This document shows, one piece after another, positions 56,552 through 64,000 of a DNA stretch of 64,000 nt (its first letter is position 1; each line of letters begins with the position of its first letter). Below the pieces are notes generated by a model. It had not been told where the DNA came from. It saw only the letters and a list, made by a program, of their open reading frames with translations, and did no database searches. A program made the position numbers and the translations under genes. This DNA is from Bradymonadia bacterium (lineage in GTDB: Bacteria > Myxococcota_A > Bradymonadia > UBA7976 > UBA1532). The stretch covers positions 96,001 through 160,000 of the forward strand of contig JBKAGE010000034.1 in the NCBI GenBank assembly GCA_046290225.1. Direction: 5' to 3'.

Positions 56552-56573
56552 GCCATGACAGCGGTGTCATGGC
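56552..56573. promoter_or_regulatory. Palindromic operator or activator site
   Basis: GCCATGACA-gcgg-TGTCATGGC is a perfect 9-bp inverted repeat. Confidence 0.5.
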
Positions 56574-56660
56574 GTGACAACAGGGCAACAGTGTGAACAG
56601 GAGTCTCAGGGGGTGTGATGGGCAGTCACGAGAGATGTACGCCCGATGCTCAAGCCTTGT

Positions 56661-57347
56661 TCATTTACCGAACAAGATTCTCCGGCAGTACACCCACCGC
56701 TTGATGGAGTGAATTCGGTCGAGGTGTTTGTGCAAGGCCTCGGCGAAGGCGCGCTTGAGGGGCTCGGGCAGGTCGGCCACAGCACGTGCGGCGGCCTCGC
56801 AATGATCGGTGTGTACCAGGGCATACTGCGTGGCGATGGGCCCCGCGAGCTCAGGGGATCCCAAGATCAGATCGGCCAGGTAGGGCAGCGGCCCCTCGGG
56901 ATCATCAGCGCAGATGGCCCGCCAGGCCTCTACCCGAAGCTCGGGCACCGCCAGAGAAGCCCGCAACACCTCTGCGGAGGCGCGATGATTGCGTGGGCGC
57001 ACCTGAATCAAGAAGTCGAGGGCCGTCTGGGCCAGCGTGCGCCCTGGGGCCAGGGCGTCTTCCACCCCGACGAACCGGCCATCCTGGGCCGAGAGGCCCT
57101 GCACCACAGGCGCGATCAGCATGCGAGCCATGAGGGCGCGGCCCGTATGAATCGCCACGGCCCGTTCCAGAGTCGTCCCCCCGGCGAGCCAGTCTGCAGC
57201 GACGTCCTCCATGGCCTCTGCGAGGGCCGGTGATTCGACAGCGGCGCGGATCAGCCAGCTCCTGCTGGCCTCCGAGTGTAGGAGGGCTGCGGACAACTCA
57301 ACCTGTGTCGGAAGCCTCTGTCCCTCGAACTCAAAAGGTGTATACAT
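56661..57347 (-). CDS. Hypothetical helical protein
   Basis: The ORF fills the gap with appropriate codon bias. No motif recognised. Confidence 0.55.
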   Translation of the reverse strand: MYTPFEFEGQRLPTQVELSAALLHSEASRSWLIRAAVESPALAEAMEDVAADWLAGGTTLERAVAIHTGRALMARMLIAPVVQGLSAQDGRFVGVEDALAPGRTLAQTALDFLIQVRPRNHRASAEVLRASLAVPELRVEAWRAICADDPEGPLPYLADLILGSPELAGPIATQYALVHTDHCEAAARAVADLPEPLKRAFAEALHKHLDRIHSIKRWVYCRRILFGK

Positions 57348-57376
57348 GCCCACTCGCGTGTGATTGGGAGCCTGAG

Positions 57377-57685
57377 ATGTCCGTGCAATCCGCCCCCCAT
57401 CAGGGGCTTTTCGCCTTTTACAATGGTGAGTTTCACCATCACTTCCAGGACGAGCCCGAGCTCGATCACGTCATGTGGTTCGAACGGATCGGGTTGCCCA
57501 GCAGCGGCCCTGGCTTCGACACCATCCTCAGAGGCAAGGTGACCGAAGATCTCGATACCGAAGAGTTCATCATCGGTTTCTACGGCACGGCCACGCTCTC
57601 CAACGCCCGGTACAACAAGATCGTGGAGGTCTTTGGCCTCGGTGACAGCCGCATCGTCGAGAAGATGCTCATGGAGCCGTACTGA
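57377..57685 (+). CDS. Small hypothetical protein
   Basis: GGGAG RBS, start MSVQSAPHQGLF, strong GC3 bias. Confidence 0.6.
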   Translation: MSVQSAPHQGLFAFYNGEFHHHFQDEPELDHVMWFERIGLPSSGPGFDTILRGKVTEDLDTEEFIIGFYGTATLSNARYNKIVEVFGLGDSRIVEKMLMEPY

Positions 57686-57732
57686 GAAGATGCCCGAGGC
57701 CCCCTCTTCGGTGGCACGGGCTGATCAGAGGC

Positions 57733-58659
57733 TCAGTAGAACCGCTCCAGCTTCTCCGCGGCGGCGAGCAACTCAGGATCCGTACCTTCGGGCACCCTGA
57801 TCTGCACCCTCACCATCAGATCGCCTCGACGACCCCCCTTTTGAGTCATGCCTTTGCCCCGCAGTCTCAAACGACGGCCACTCTGCGTACCGGCGGGGAT
57901 CTTGATCTGCACTGTGGACCCTTCCGGGGTGGGCACAGTGATGGTCTGACCCTTGATGGCTTGAAGCACCGTGAGAGGTACGTCGATGGAGAGGTTGTCA
58001 CCCTCCTGGGCAAAACCTGAGGGCGGCGCCACGCGAATGATGAGGAACAGGTGGCCAGGGCCACCGATGCCCCGCCTGCCCTTCCCGGCCACGCGGATCT
58101 TCTGGCCGCTGGCCACACCGGCAGGCACCTTGACCTTGATGCCCTTGTTCCGCAGTTCGAACTCGGCCCCCTCCACCGCCTGCCTCAGGCTGATGGTGAG
58201 CTCTTCTTCCATGTCGGCCCCGCGTCGGCTCGAGGCCCTCGAAGGCTGACTGCGGCCACCGCCGAAGAGGCCCGAGAGCAAATCGTCCAGATCGCCGAAG
58301 CCACCGAAGCCACCCCCAGGCATGCCCCCGCCGGCACCGAAAGGCACGTCGAAGCGGCTGCCTGGAGCCCCAGAGCCACCGCGCTGACTCGCCCAGCGCT
58401 GATAGTTCCGGGCGGCCTCGGCATCGAAGCCATCGCGCAGGCCATCGACGCCGAACTCGTCGTAGAGGGCCCGCTTCTGCGGATCGCTGAGCACGGCGAA
58501 GGCGCCGGAGATCTCCTTGAAGCGCTCCTCGGCCACGGGATCGTCGGGATTTCGATCGGGGTGAAACTGCTTCGCCAGGGCCCGATAGGCCTTCTTGATC
58601 TCATCTGCGCTGGCGCTGCGGCCAACCCCGAGAATGGAGTAGAGGTCTTTGCTTGCCAT
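57733..58659 (-). CDS. Class II DnaJ (CbpA-like) chaperone
   Basis: J-domain with HPD, a G/F-rich region, no zinc finger, and DnaJ_C ([14 protein letters not shown]). Confidence 0.92.
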   Translation of the reverse strand: MASKDLYSILGVGRSASADEIKKAYRALAKQFHPDRNPDDPVAEERFKEISGAFAVLSDPQKRALYDEFGVDGLRDGFDAEAARNYQRWASQRGGSGAPGSRFDVPFGAGGGMPGGGFGGFGDLDDLLSGLFGGGRSQPSRASSRRGADMEEELTISLRQAVEGAEFELRNKGIKVKVPAGVASGQKIRVAGKGRRGIGGPGHLFLIIRVAPPSGFAQEGDNLSIDVPLTVLQAIKGQTITVPTPEGSTVQIKIPAGTQSGRRLRLRGKGMTQKGGRRGDLMVRVQIRVPEGTDPELLAAAEKLERFY

Positions 58660-58804
58660 GGGCCCACTGTATACACATCGGAACAAGTCGCAATGGGCGC
58701 CGTCACCGGGCAATCGTCCTGGCTCATGTGTCGGAGATGAGGTACACCCCAAAGCCTCGCCCCGCCCCGGCAGGGGCCCAGCACCACCTGTGGAGTGTGT
58801 CGAG

Positions 58805-59893
58805 GTGAAGCGTTACCCCGCCTACGAGTTTCCCGAGTATGTTCAGTGGTCTCCTGATCCAGAGGTGCAGGCCGCCTTCGATCAGGCCACGACGACGGAT
58901 CCCGACCGCAAGGCCCTCATCGCTGGCCTCGCGGAGAGCAGGCTGCTCGATCTCTACCGGGGCCTTGTCTCTGCTCGCCTGCACGACATCCAGCTCAAGC
59001 GCTGGGTGAAGCAAGGGGTCATCACCAAGGCCTGGCTCGGCAGCGGCGAAGAGGCGGTCACCGTGGGTGCCTGCGCAGCCCTGGGCGCCGAGGATGTCGT
59101 CGGGCCCATGATCCGCAACGCCTCGGCCCTCATCGAGCGCGGCGTCGATCTGCGCGCCTGCTTCGCGGCGTATCTGGGCACCGAAGATTCCATCACGGGT
59201 GGCCGCGACCTGCACATCGGGGATCCTGCTCGGGGGGTGATCCCACCCATCAGCCACGTGGCTGATCTGGTCCCGGTGATGGCGGGCTGTGCCCTGGCGT
59301 TCAAGCTCAAGAAACAGGCCTCGGTGGCGCTCACCTGGACCGGCGACGGCTCCACGGCTACGGGAGCGTTCCACGAGGGTATGCGCATGGCCGCAGCCAC
59401 CTCGGCGCCACTGATCTGCGTGGTGCAGGACAACCGGGTGGCCCTGGGCACCAAGGGCGACGCCCACTTCAAGGGTGACCTCGCCGCGATGGGCCCCGGT
59501 TACGGGATCACCACCCTCGAAATGGACGGCAATCACATCCTGGACTGCTACGCCACCACGGCACTGGCGGTGGCTCGATGTCGCGCCGGAGAAGGGCCCG
59601 TGATGATCGTAGCCCGTACGTTCCGCATGGGTGGCCACGCCACCCACGACGAGCGTGAGGCCCGGGCGCTGTTCCCCGACGAGACCTACGCATATTGGGG
59701 AAAACGGGATCCCGTGGGCATGTACGAGCACTGGCTCATAACCGCTCGGGGCATCTCCGAGGACCGCCTGAGCACCATCGAGCGCGACGCCGCCGACCGC
59801 ATCGAGGCCGCTGCTGCGGATGCGGTCTCTCGTCGCGAGATCGCCGCCCCTGATCCCACGACGGTGACCGACGGCGTCTACGGAGAGGTCTGA
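58805..59893 (+). CDS. TPP-dependent 2-oxoacid dehydrogenase E1 alpha subunit
   Basis: GSGEEA, TPP motif [13 protein letters not shown]...N, and RMGGHATHD. Confidence 0.88.
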   Translation: MKRYPAYEFPEYVQWSPDPEVQAAFDQATTTDPDRKALIAGLAESRLLDLYRGLVSARLHDIQLKRWVKQGVITKAWLGSGEEAVTVGACAALGAEDVVGPMIRNASALIERGVDLRACFAAYLGTEDSITGGRDLHIGDPARGVIPPISHVADLVPVMAGCALAFKLKKQASVALTWTGDGSTATGAFHEGMRMAAATSAPLICVVQDNRVALGTKGDAHFKGDLAAMGPGYGITTLEMDGNHILDCYATTALAVARCRAGEGPVMIVARTFRMGGHATHDEREARALFPDETYAYWGKRDPVGMYEHWLITARGISEDRLSTIERDAADRIEAAAADAVSRREIAAPDPTTVTDGVYGEV

Positions 59894-60990
59894 TGAGTTC
59901 GACCCGAGGCCACCTCTGGCGCATCACCACCTTCGGCGAGTCTCATGGTCCCGCCCTCGGGGTGATCATCGACGGCTGCCCGCCGGGGCTCACCCTCGAT
60001 CTCGAGGCGATCCAGGCGGATCTGGACCGCCGCCGCCCTGGGCAGAGCAAGCTGACGACACCGCGGAAGGAGCCTGATCGCGCGGAGATCCTCTCTGGGG
60101 TCTTCGAGGGGGTGACCATGGGCACACCCATCGCGATGCTCATCCGCACTCAGGATGCTGACAGCCGGAAGTACATCCCCCTCAAAGATCTCTTCCGCCC
60201 TGGCCATGCCGACTTCACCTACCACGCCAAGTACGGTCGCCGAGACTGGCGTGGCGGCGGCCGTTCGAGCGCCCGCGAGACCGCAGCCCGAGTCGCCGCG
60301 GCGGCGGTGGCCCGCCAGTGGCTGAGCGCTCGCTTTGGGGTAGAGGTCGTGGCGTGGGTGGACCGCGTGGGTGAGGTCACCTCATCGGTGGACCCGGCCT
60401 CGGTGACCCGTGAGGCCGTCGAGGCCCACCCGGTGCGTTGCCCGGATCCTGAGGCCGCGGAGGCCATGGCAGATCGCATCAAAGAGATTCGAAAGGCCAG
60501 AGACACCATCGGCGGCACGGTGAGCGCCGTGGCCCGAGGGGTGCCTGCCGGCTGGGGGGCGCCCATCTTCGACCGACTCGAAGCCGATCTGGGCAAGGCG
60601 TGCCTCTCGCTGCCCGCGTGCAAGGGCTTCGAGGTGGGCTCGGGTTTCGCCGGCACCTACATGCTCGGTAGCGCCCACAATGATCCGTTCGTCCCCGGCG
60701 ATGAGGGTCAGGTGCAGACCACGAGCAACCACGCTGGTGGCGTACTCGGGGGCATCAGCACAGGCATGCCCATCACCCTGAAGTGCGCGTTCAAGCCTGT
60801 GGCGACGCACTTTCAGCCCCAGAAGACCGTCAACGTGGAAGGTGAAGCGGTGGATTTCGCTGCCACGGGCCGTCACGACCCCTGTGTACTGCCCCGGGCG
60901 GTGCCCCTGGTGGAGGCGGCGATGTTGTTGACCCTCGCGGATCACGCCCTGCGACAGCTGGCCTTGGAAGGCGGACGACTAGAGGGCTGA
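59893..60990 (+). CDS. aroC: Chorismate synthase
   Basis: TTFGESHG, RPGHAD, GGGRSSARET, GGISTG and GRHDPCVLPRA. Confidence 0.98.
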   Translation: MSSTRGHLWRITTFGESHGPALGVIIDGCPPGLTLDLEAIQADLDRRRPGQSKLTTPRKEPDRAEILSGVFEGVTMGTPIAMLIRTQDADSRKYIPLKDLFRPGHADFTYHAKYGRRDWRGGGRSSARETAARVAAAAVARQWLSARFGVEVVAWVDRVGEVTSSVDPASVTREAVEAHPVRCPDPEAAEAMADRIKEIRKARDTIGGTVSAVARGVPAGWGAPIFDRLEADLGKACLSLPACKGFEVGSGFAGTYMLGSAHNDPFVPGDEGQVQTTSNHAGGVLGGISTGMPITLKCAFKPVATHFQPQKTVNVEGEAVDFAATGRHDPCVLPRAVPLVEAAMLLTLADHALRQLALEGGRLEG

Positions 60991-61050
60991 GAGGTCCTCA
61001 CACAACAGCGCCCGTCGCCAGAACGGTGAGGCGCAAGTGAGGACCTCTGA

Positions 61051-62577
61051 CTACTCGCCGTCCTGAGGGAAGCAGGCGAAGACATCGGGGCACATCGGCG
61101 CCTCTCCCAGCGCCTCGACACATCCGAAGGCACCCATCAACTCCGGCACACTGTTGGTGGCGCAGAGGTAGGTGCAGGCCTCAGGATCGGCGAAGGGCGT
61201 CTCCTCGTTGACCCCAACCAAACAGTCAGCCACCACCGTGCAAGCTGGCGCGCACGTCTCCACAGGAATGGGCAACCCGTCCCTACAGATCGGTACAAAC
61301 GAGCCGTCCCCTTCAGTCATGGGGTCATCTTCAGTGAGGAAGGTCACGTAGAACTGCAGCAGGGGGTCGTCGCAGGTTTCCGAAGCTGCTGCGGCGTTGA
61401 CCGCCTCTGCAGTGAAGCTGCCGTCGGCCACCGCCTCGTTGCAACCATCGATGAGCACGTTGGCAAAGCCACCCTGAATGCCTTCGATGACCGGGCAGGC
61501 ATCAGCGACGCACGCCGCAGCGCGCTCAGCCATCCCTGGGCAGCCCTCGAATGCAGGGGCCTCGAAGCAGGGGCCGAGGGCCTCACAGACTGGCGCTTCT
61601 GCTGAGCAAGCCCAGGCGCCCTCGGCGACGAAGGTCGTGGCCTGGCAGAAAAAGTCGCAGCGCTGAGGATCAGCGAGGGGGCTGTCATCTGTATCGATGC
61701 AGGCCTCGAGCTGCCCGCAGGCCGCGTCGCAGGTTTCCTGGTCTACCAGCGGGCCTGCGTTGGCGCAGAAGCCCGTGAGCACCCCGTCCTGGTCATTGGC
61801 GGGATCATCCACCAATTGTGACTGAACGTAGGGCGCCAGGAACATGCCCTGGCACATCGGATCCACCATGATGAGGTTGGAGAGATCGTCCGGGCCGACG
61901 TCGCCGCCGTTGATGGCGTCGTTACAGAACAGCGTGTAGGCCGACTCGATCAGCTCGCGGCTCTCGCCCACTGCAGCACACTCAGTCTGCAGACAATTGG
62001 CGATGCCCTCCCCGAAGATCTCACACTGAGGGTAGACGGGCTGCGCTCGGCCATCACACGCCTGTAGATAGTCATCGTTGTCGATGCTCTGCAGGCCGAA
62101 GGCCACAACATCACTGCAGGCCGCCGAGCCTTCGATGATCACGCTGAAAGAAGGCTGCTCGGCGCACGCCATCTGGCAAATGGCGTCGACCTCAGCCTCA
62201 TCCTCTGCCGCAAAGCCTGGGCACTCAGTCACAGAGCACTCGACGAATCGGGCGCAGGCAGCCTCGCACGGCTCGGGCTCTCCGCCGCCGGCGCCGCCCA
62301 TCATGCCACCCTCACCGGCCATACCGCCTTCACCGCCAGCGCCGCCTCCTGCTTCGCCGCCCATACCCGCTTCGCCGCCTGCGCCCCCACCGGCCTCGCC
62401 GTCATCGCCGGCCATTCCACCGGCGCCACCAGCACCAGCGCCGCCATCGATGGAGGCTCCACCTGCGCCACCCTCACCCTCCTGAGCGGGCGTGTCGCTG
62501 TCGTCATCGCACCCAGTGAGGGTCACAGCGACGCACAGGGCCGCCAGAGTGAAGGTCTTCAAGGGGATCCGCATCAT
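61051..62577 (-). CDS. Cys-rich acidic lipoprotein with Gly-rich tether
   Basis: Lipobox LTGC, GGAGG/GGEAG linker and repeated helical Cys modules. Confidence 0.72.
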   Translation of the reverse strand: MMRIPLKTFTLAALCVAVTLTGCDDDSDTPAQEGEGGAGGASIDGGAGAGGAGGMAGDDGEAGGGAGGEAGMGGEAGGGAGGEGGMAGEGGMMGGAGGGEPEPCEAACARFVECSVTECPGFAAEDEAEVDAICQMACAEQPSFSVIIEGSAACSDVVAFGLQSIDNDDYLQACDGRAQPVYPQCEIFGEGIANCLQTECAAVGESRELIESAYTLFCNDAINGGDVGPDDLSNLIMVDPMCQGMFLAPYVQSQLVDDPANDQDGVLTGFCANAGPLVDQETCDAACGQLEACIDTDDSPLADPQRCDFFCQATTFVAEGAWACSAEAPVCEALGPCFEAPAFEGCPGMAERAAACVADACPVIEGIQGGFANVLIDGCNEAVADGSFTAEAVNAAAASETCDDPLLQFYVTFLTEDDPMTEGDGSFVPICRDGLPIPVETCAPACTVVADCLVGVNEETPFADPEACTYLCATNSVPELMGAFGCVEALGEAPMCPDVFACFPQDGE

Positions 62578-62623
62578 CACGTTCCTTTCAAGAGTCGCTC
62601 GTAAGAGTGTGTAAATCGGCTGT

Positions 62624-63631
62624 TCATGGGTCGTCCACGAGGCAGGCATCGAGCTCGGTGCACAAGCCTTGTGGCGAGAGTGCGCCCAAACATGCCCAGG
62701 CGGCGTTGGAGATCTCGGGCGCGTTGTCGCTGGCACACCTGAAAATGCACTCGTCGGCGTCGGCGAGTGCACCACCATTGAATCGCCCCGGGGCGGTGCA
62801 GTCGCTGATGCGCCCACAGGCAGACGTGCACGTCTCCACAGTGAGCGGGACCCCCGCCTGGCACACGGACCGGAGAGAGACATCGGGCGCCAGAGCCCGA
62901 GGCTGCATCAACCCTGAAGAGACCTCGACGATCAACGGCGCGTCACAGGCACCGTGAGCCACGGCAGTCTGGAGCTCTCGAACAGTGAGCTGACCATTCG
63001 AGACCCAGTCGATGCATTCACTCGACAACCAGGTGAACAGAGGCTCCTGAATCTCACCGAGGACCTGGCAATCCATCTGCATGCAGACAGCGACCCACAG
63101 CGCGAACTCCTCGCACAGAGGTGCCACTGGGATGCTCGGATCGACATCGAGTATCCCTGCATCCGGGTCGCCGGGGGCAGGCACATCGAAGTCGCACTCC
63201 AGGCCAACGAGGTCGGCGAGGTTGGTGATCCACGGATCCTCGCAGTCACTGCGCTGTAGCATCGCCTCGGCTTGCCCCTGATCGAGTTCAGCGCCGATGA
63301 AAGCCCCCGAAGCGCACTCCGCAGCGAAGAGGGACTCCAGCGTCACGAGCTCTTCGATGCCCTCGATCTCACAGGCCGCCTCCAGACACCGTCGAGAGAA
63401 AGCCCCCACCTCGTCGCAGAGCGACCCTGCACCTGCATCGGGATCATCATCACGATCATCGTCGGGAAACTCGAAGCCTGGGAGTGAGCCGTCGCGCAAT
63501 CGGGCGGCGTTGCGCGGCGAATCGTCGCTGTCGTCATCACATGCATTGACGCTCAGAGCGAGGGCGGCCACGCACAACCCCCGCACAGCGAAGGCCAGCG
63601 GCCGAAAACAACGTCGTGTGGGCTCGAGCAT
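62624..63631 (-). CDS. Cys-rich lipoprotein (paralog of the downstream gene)
   Basis: Lipobox VNAC and shared modules (VETCTSACGRISDC, LADADECIFRCA, AWAC). Confidence 0.65.
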   Translation of the reverse strand: MLEPTRRCFRPLAFAVRGLCVAALALSVNACDDDSDDSPRNAARLRDGSLPGFEFPDDDRDDDPDAGAGSLCDEVGAFSRRCLEAACEIEGIEELVTLESLFAAECASGAFIGAELDQGQAEAMLQRSDCEDPWITNLADLVGLECDFDVPAPGDPDAGILDVDPSIPVAPLCEEFALWVAVCMQMDCQVLGEIQEPLFTWLSSECIDWVSNGQLTVRELQTAVAHGACDAPLIVEVSSGLMQPRALAPDVSLRSVCQAGVPLTVETCTSACGRISDCTAPGRFNGGALADADECIFRCASDNAPEISNAAWACLGALSPQGLCTELDACLVDDP

Positions 63632-63852
63632 GGGCCCCTCCGAATCACAGAGGAGCAACGATAGGACATGTGGGGAGATTCTGGGAATCTTCAGAGGCCC
63701 TGACAAAACAGCTCCCGTCGTCAGCGCCGCGATGCACTTCGCGAGACGCGAGAAACCGTCCTCGACGATGCTTCGGCATCGCCTGCGGGTTTTTCTCACG
63801 CCTCACTCGCGCCTCACGACCCTGCCTCGGTCCGCCGTTGTGCCAGGACCTC

Positions 63853-63999
63853 TCAGGCGGCGGACAGATCTTTCGCCAGCATCCGAAGGATCGGCTTGAG
63901 CGCTTCTGAGCGGATGGGCTCGGGCACATCGATCTGAGGGGTCAGATCGCGCAGCGACAGGTACAGCTTCTCGAGGGTGTTCCGGCGCATGTAGGGGCA
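63853..63999 (-). CDS. nadA: Quinolinate synthase NadA, C-terminal end only
   Basis: Not in the ORF track. Manual translation gives [48 protein letters not shown], matching the NadA C-terminal CPxMxxNTLEK...RML pattern. Confidence 0.85.
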   Translation of the reverse strand, partial: CPYMRRNTLEKLYLSLRDLTPQIDVPEPIRSEALKPILRMLAKDLSAA

Positions 64000-64000
64000 C

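Noticed and set aside
62280..62470. GCC-rich tandem-like DNA repeats
   Set aside because: They encode the Gly-rich linker of a lipoprotein and are not an independent repeat element.
44053..63631. Multiheme c-type cytochromes among the Cys-rich lipoproteins
   Set aside because: No CxxCH motifs were seen. The Cys spacing fits disulfide-bonded repeats.

Overview
High-GC, densely coding bacterial chromosome segment. Its gene content points to Myxococcota or a related deltaproteobacterial lineage (inference): a bacN/O/P-like bactofilin triplet, PEGA-domain Ser/Thr kinases, an FHA-sigma54 activator, a TIGR02266-type PilZ protein and many Cys-rich lipoproteins. Housekeeping genes include ftsB, exbB/exbD, mutS2, sppA, pyrE, typA, a thiolase, bfr/bfd, an aminotransferase, a DnaJ-class chaperone, an E1-alpha subunit, aroC and the 3' end of nadA. 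I saw no rRNA, tRNA, CRISPR array, transposase, integrase or reverse transcriptase. The most striking unexplained feature is a ~520-nt non-coding element (13857-14378) between convergent sppA and kinase genes. It is a symmetric rod of four nested long-range stems with opposed lateral hairpins, G-U-biased mismatches on the + strand and REP-like GTAG units. Other leads: (1) a bfd-bfr-RnfD-like/Sel1 unit with Fur-like boxes; (2) a sigma54-type promoter driving a pair of putative beta-barrel proteins; (3) FGE/CLec-fold lipoproteins carrying a Cys/His repeat I cannot name; (4) tandem lipoproteins with a possible BPI/LBP-like domain. All calls come from reading motifs by eye; no searches or folding programs were run.
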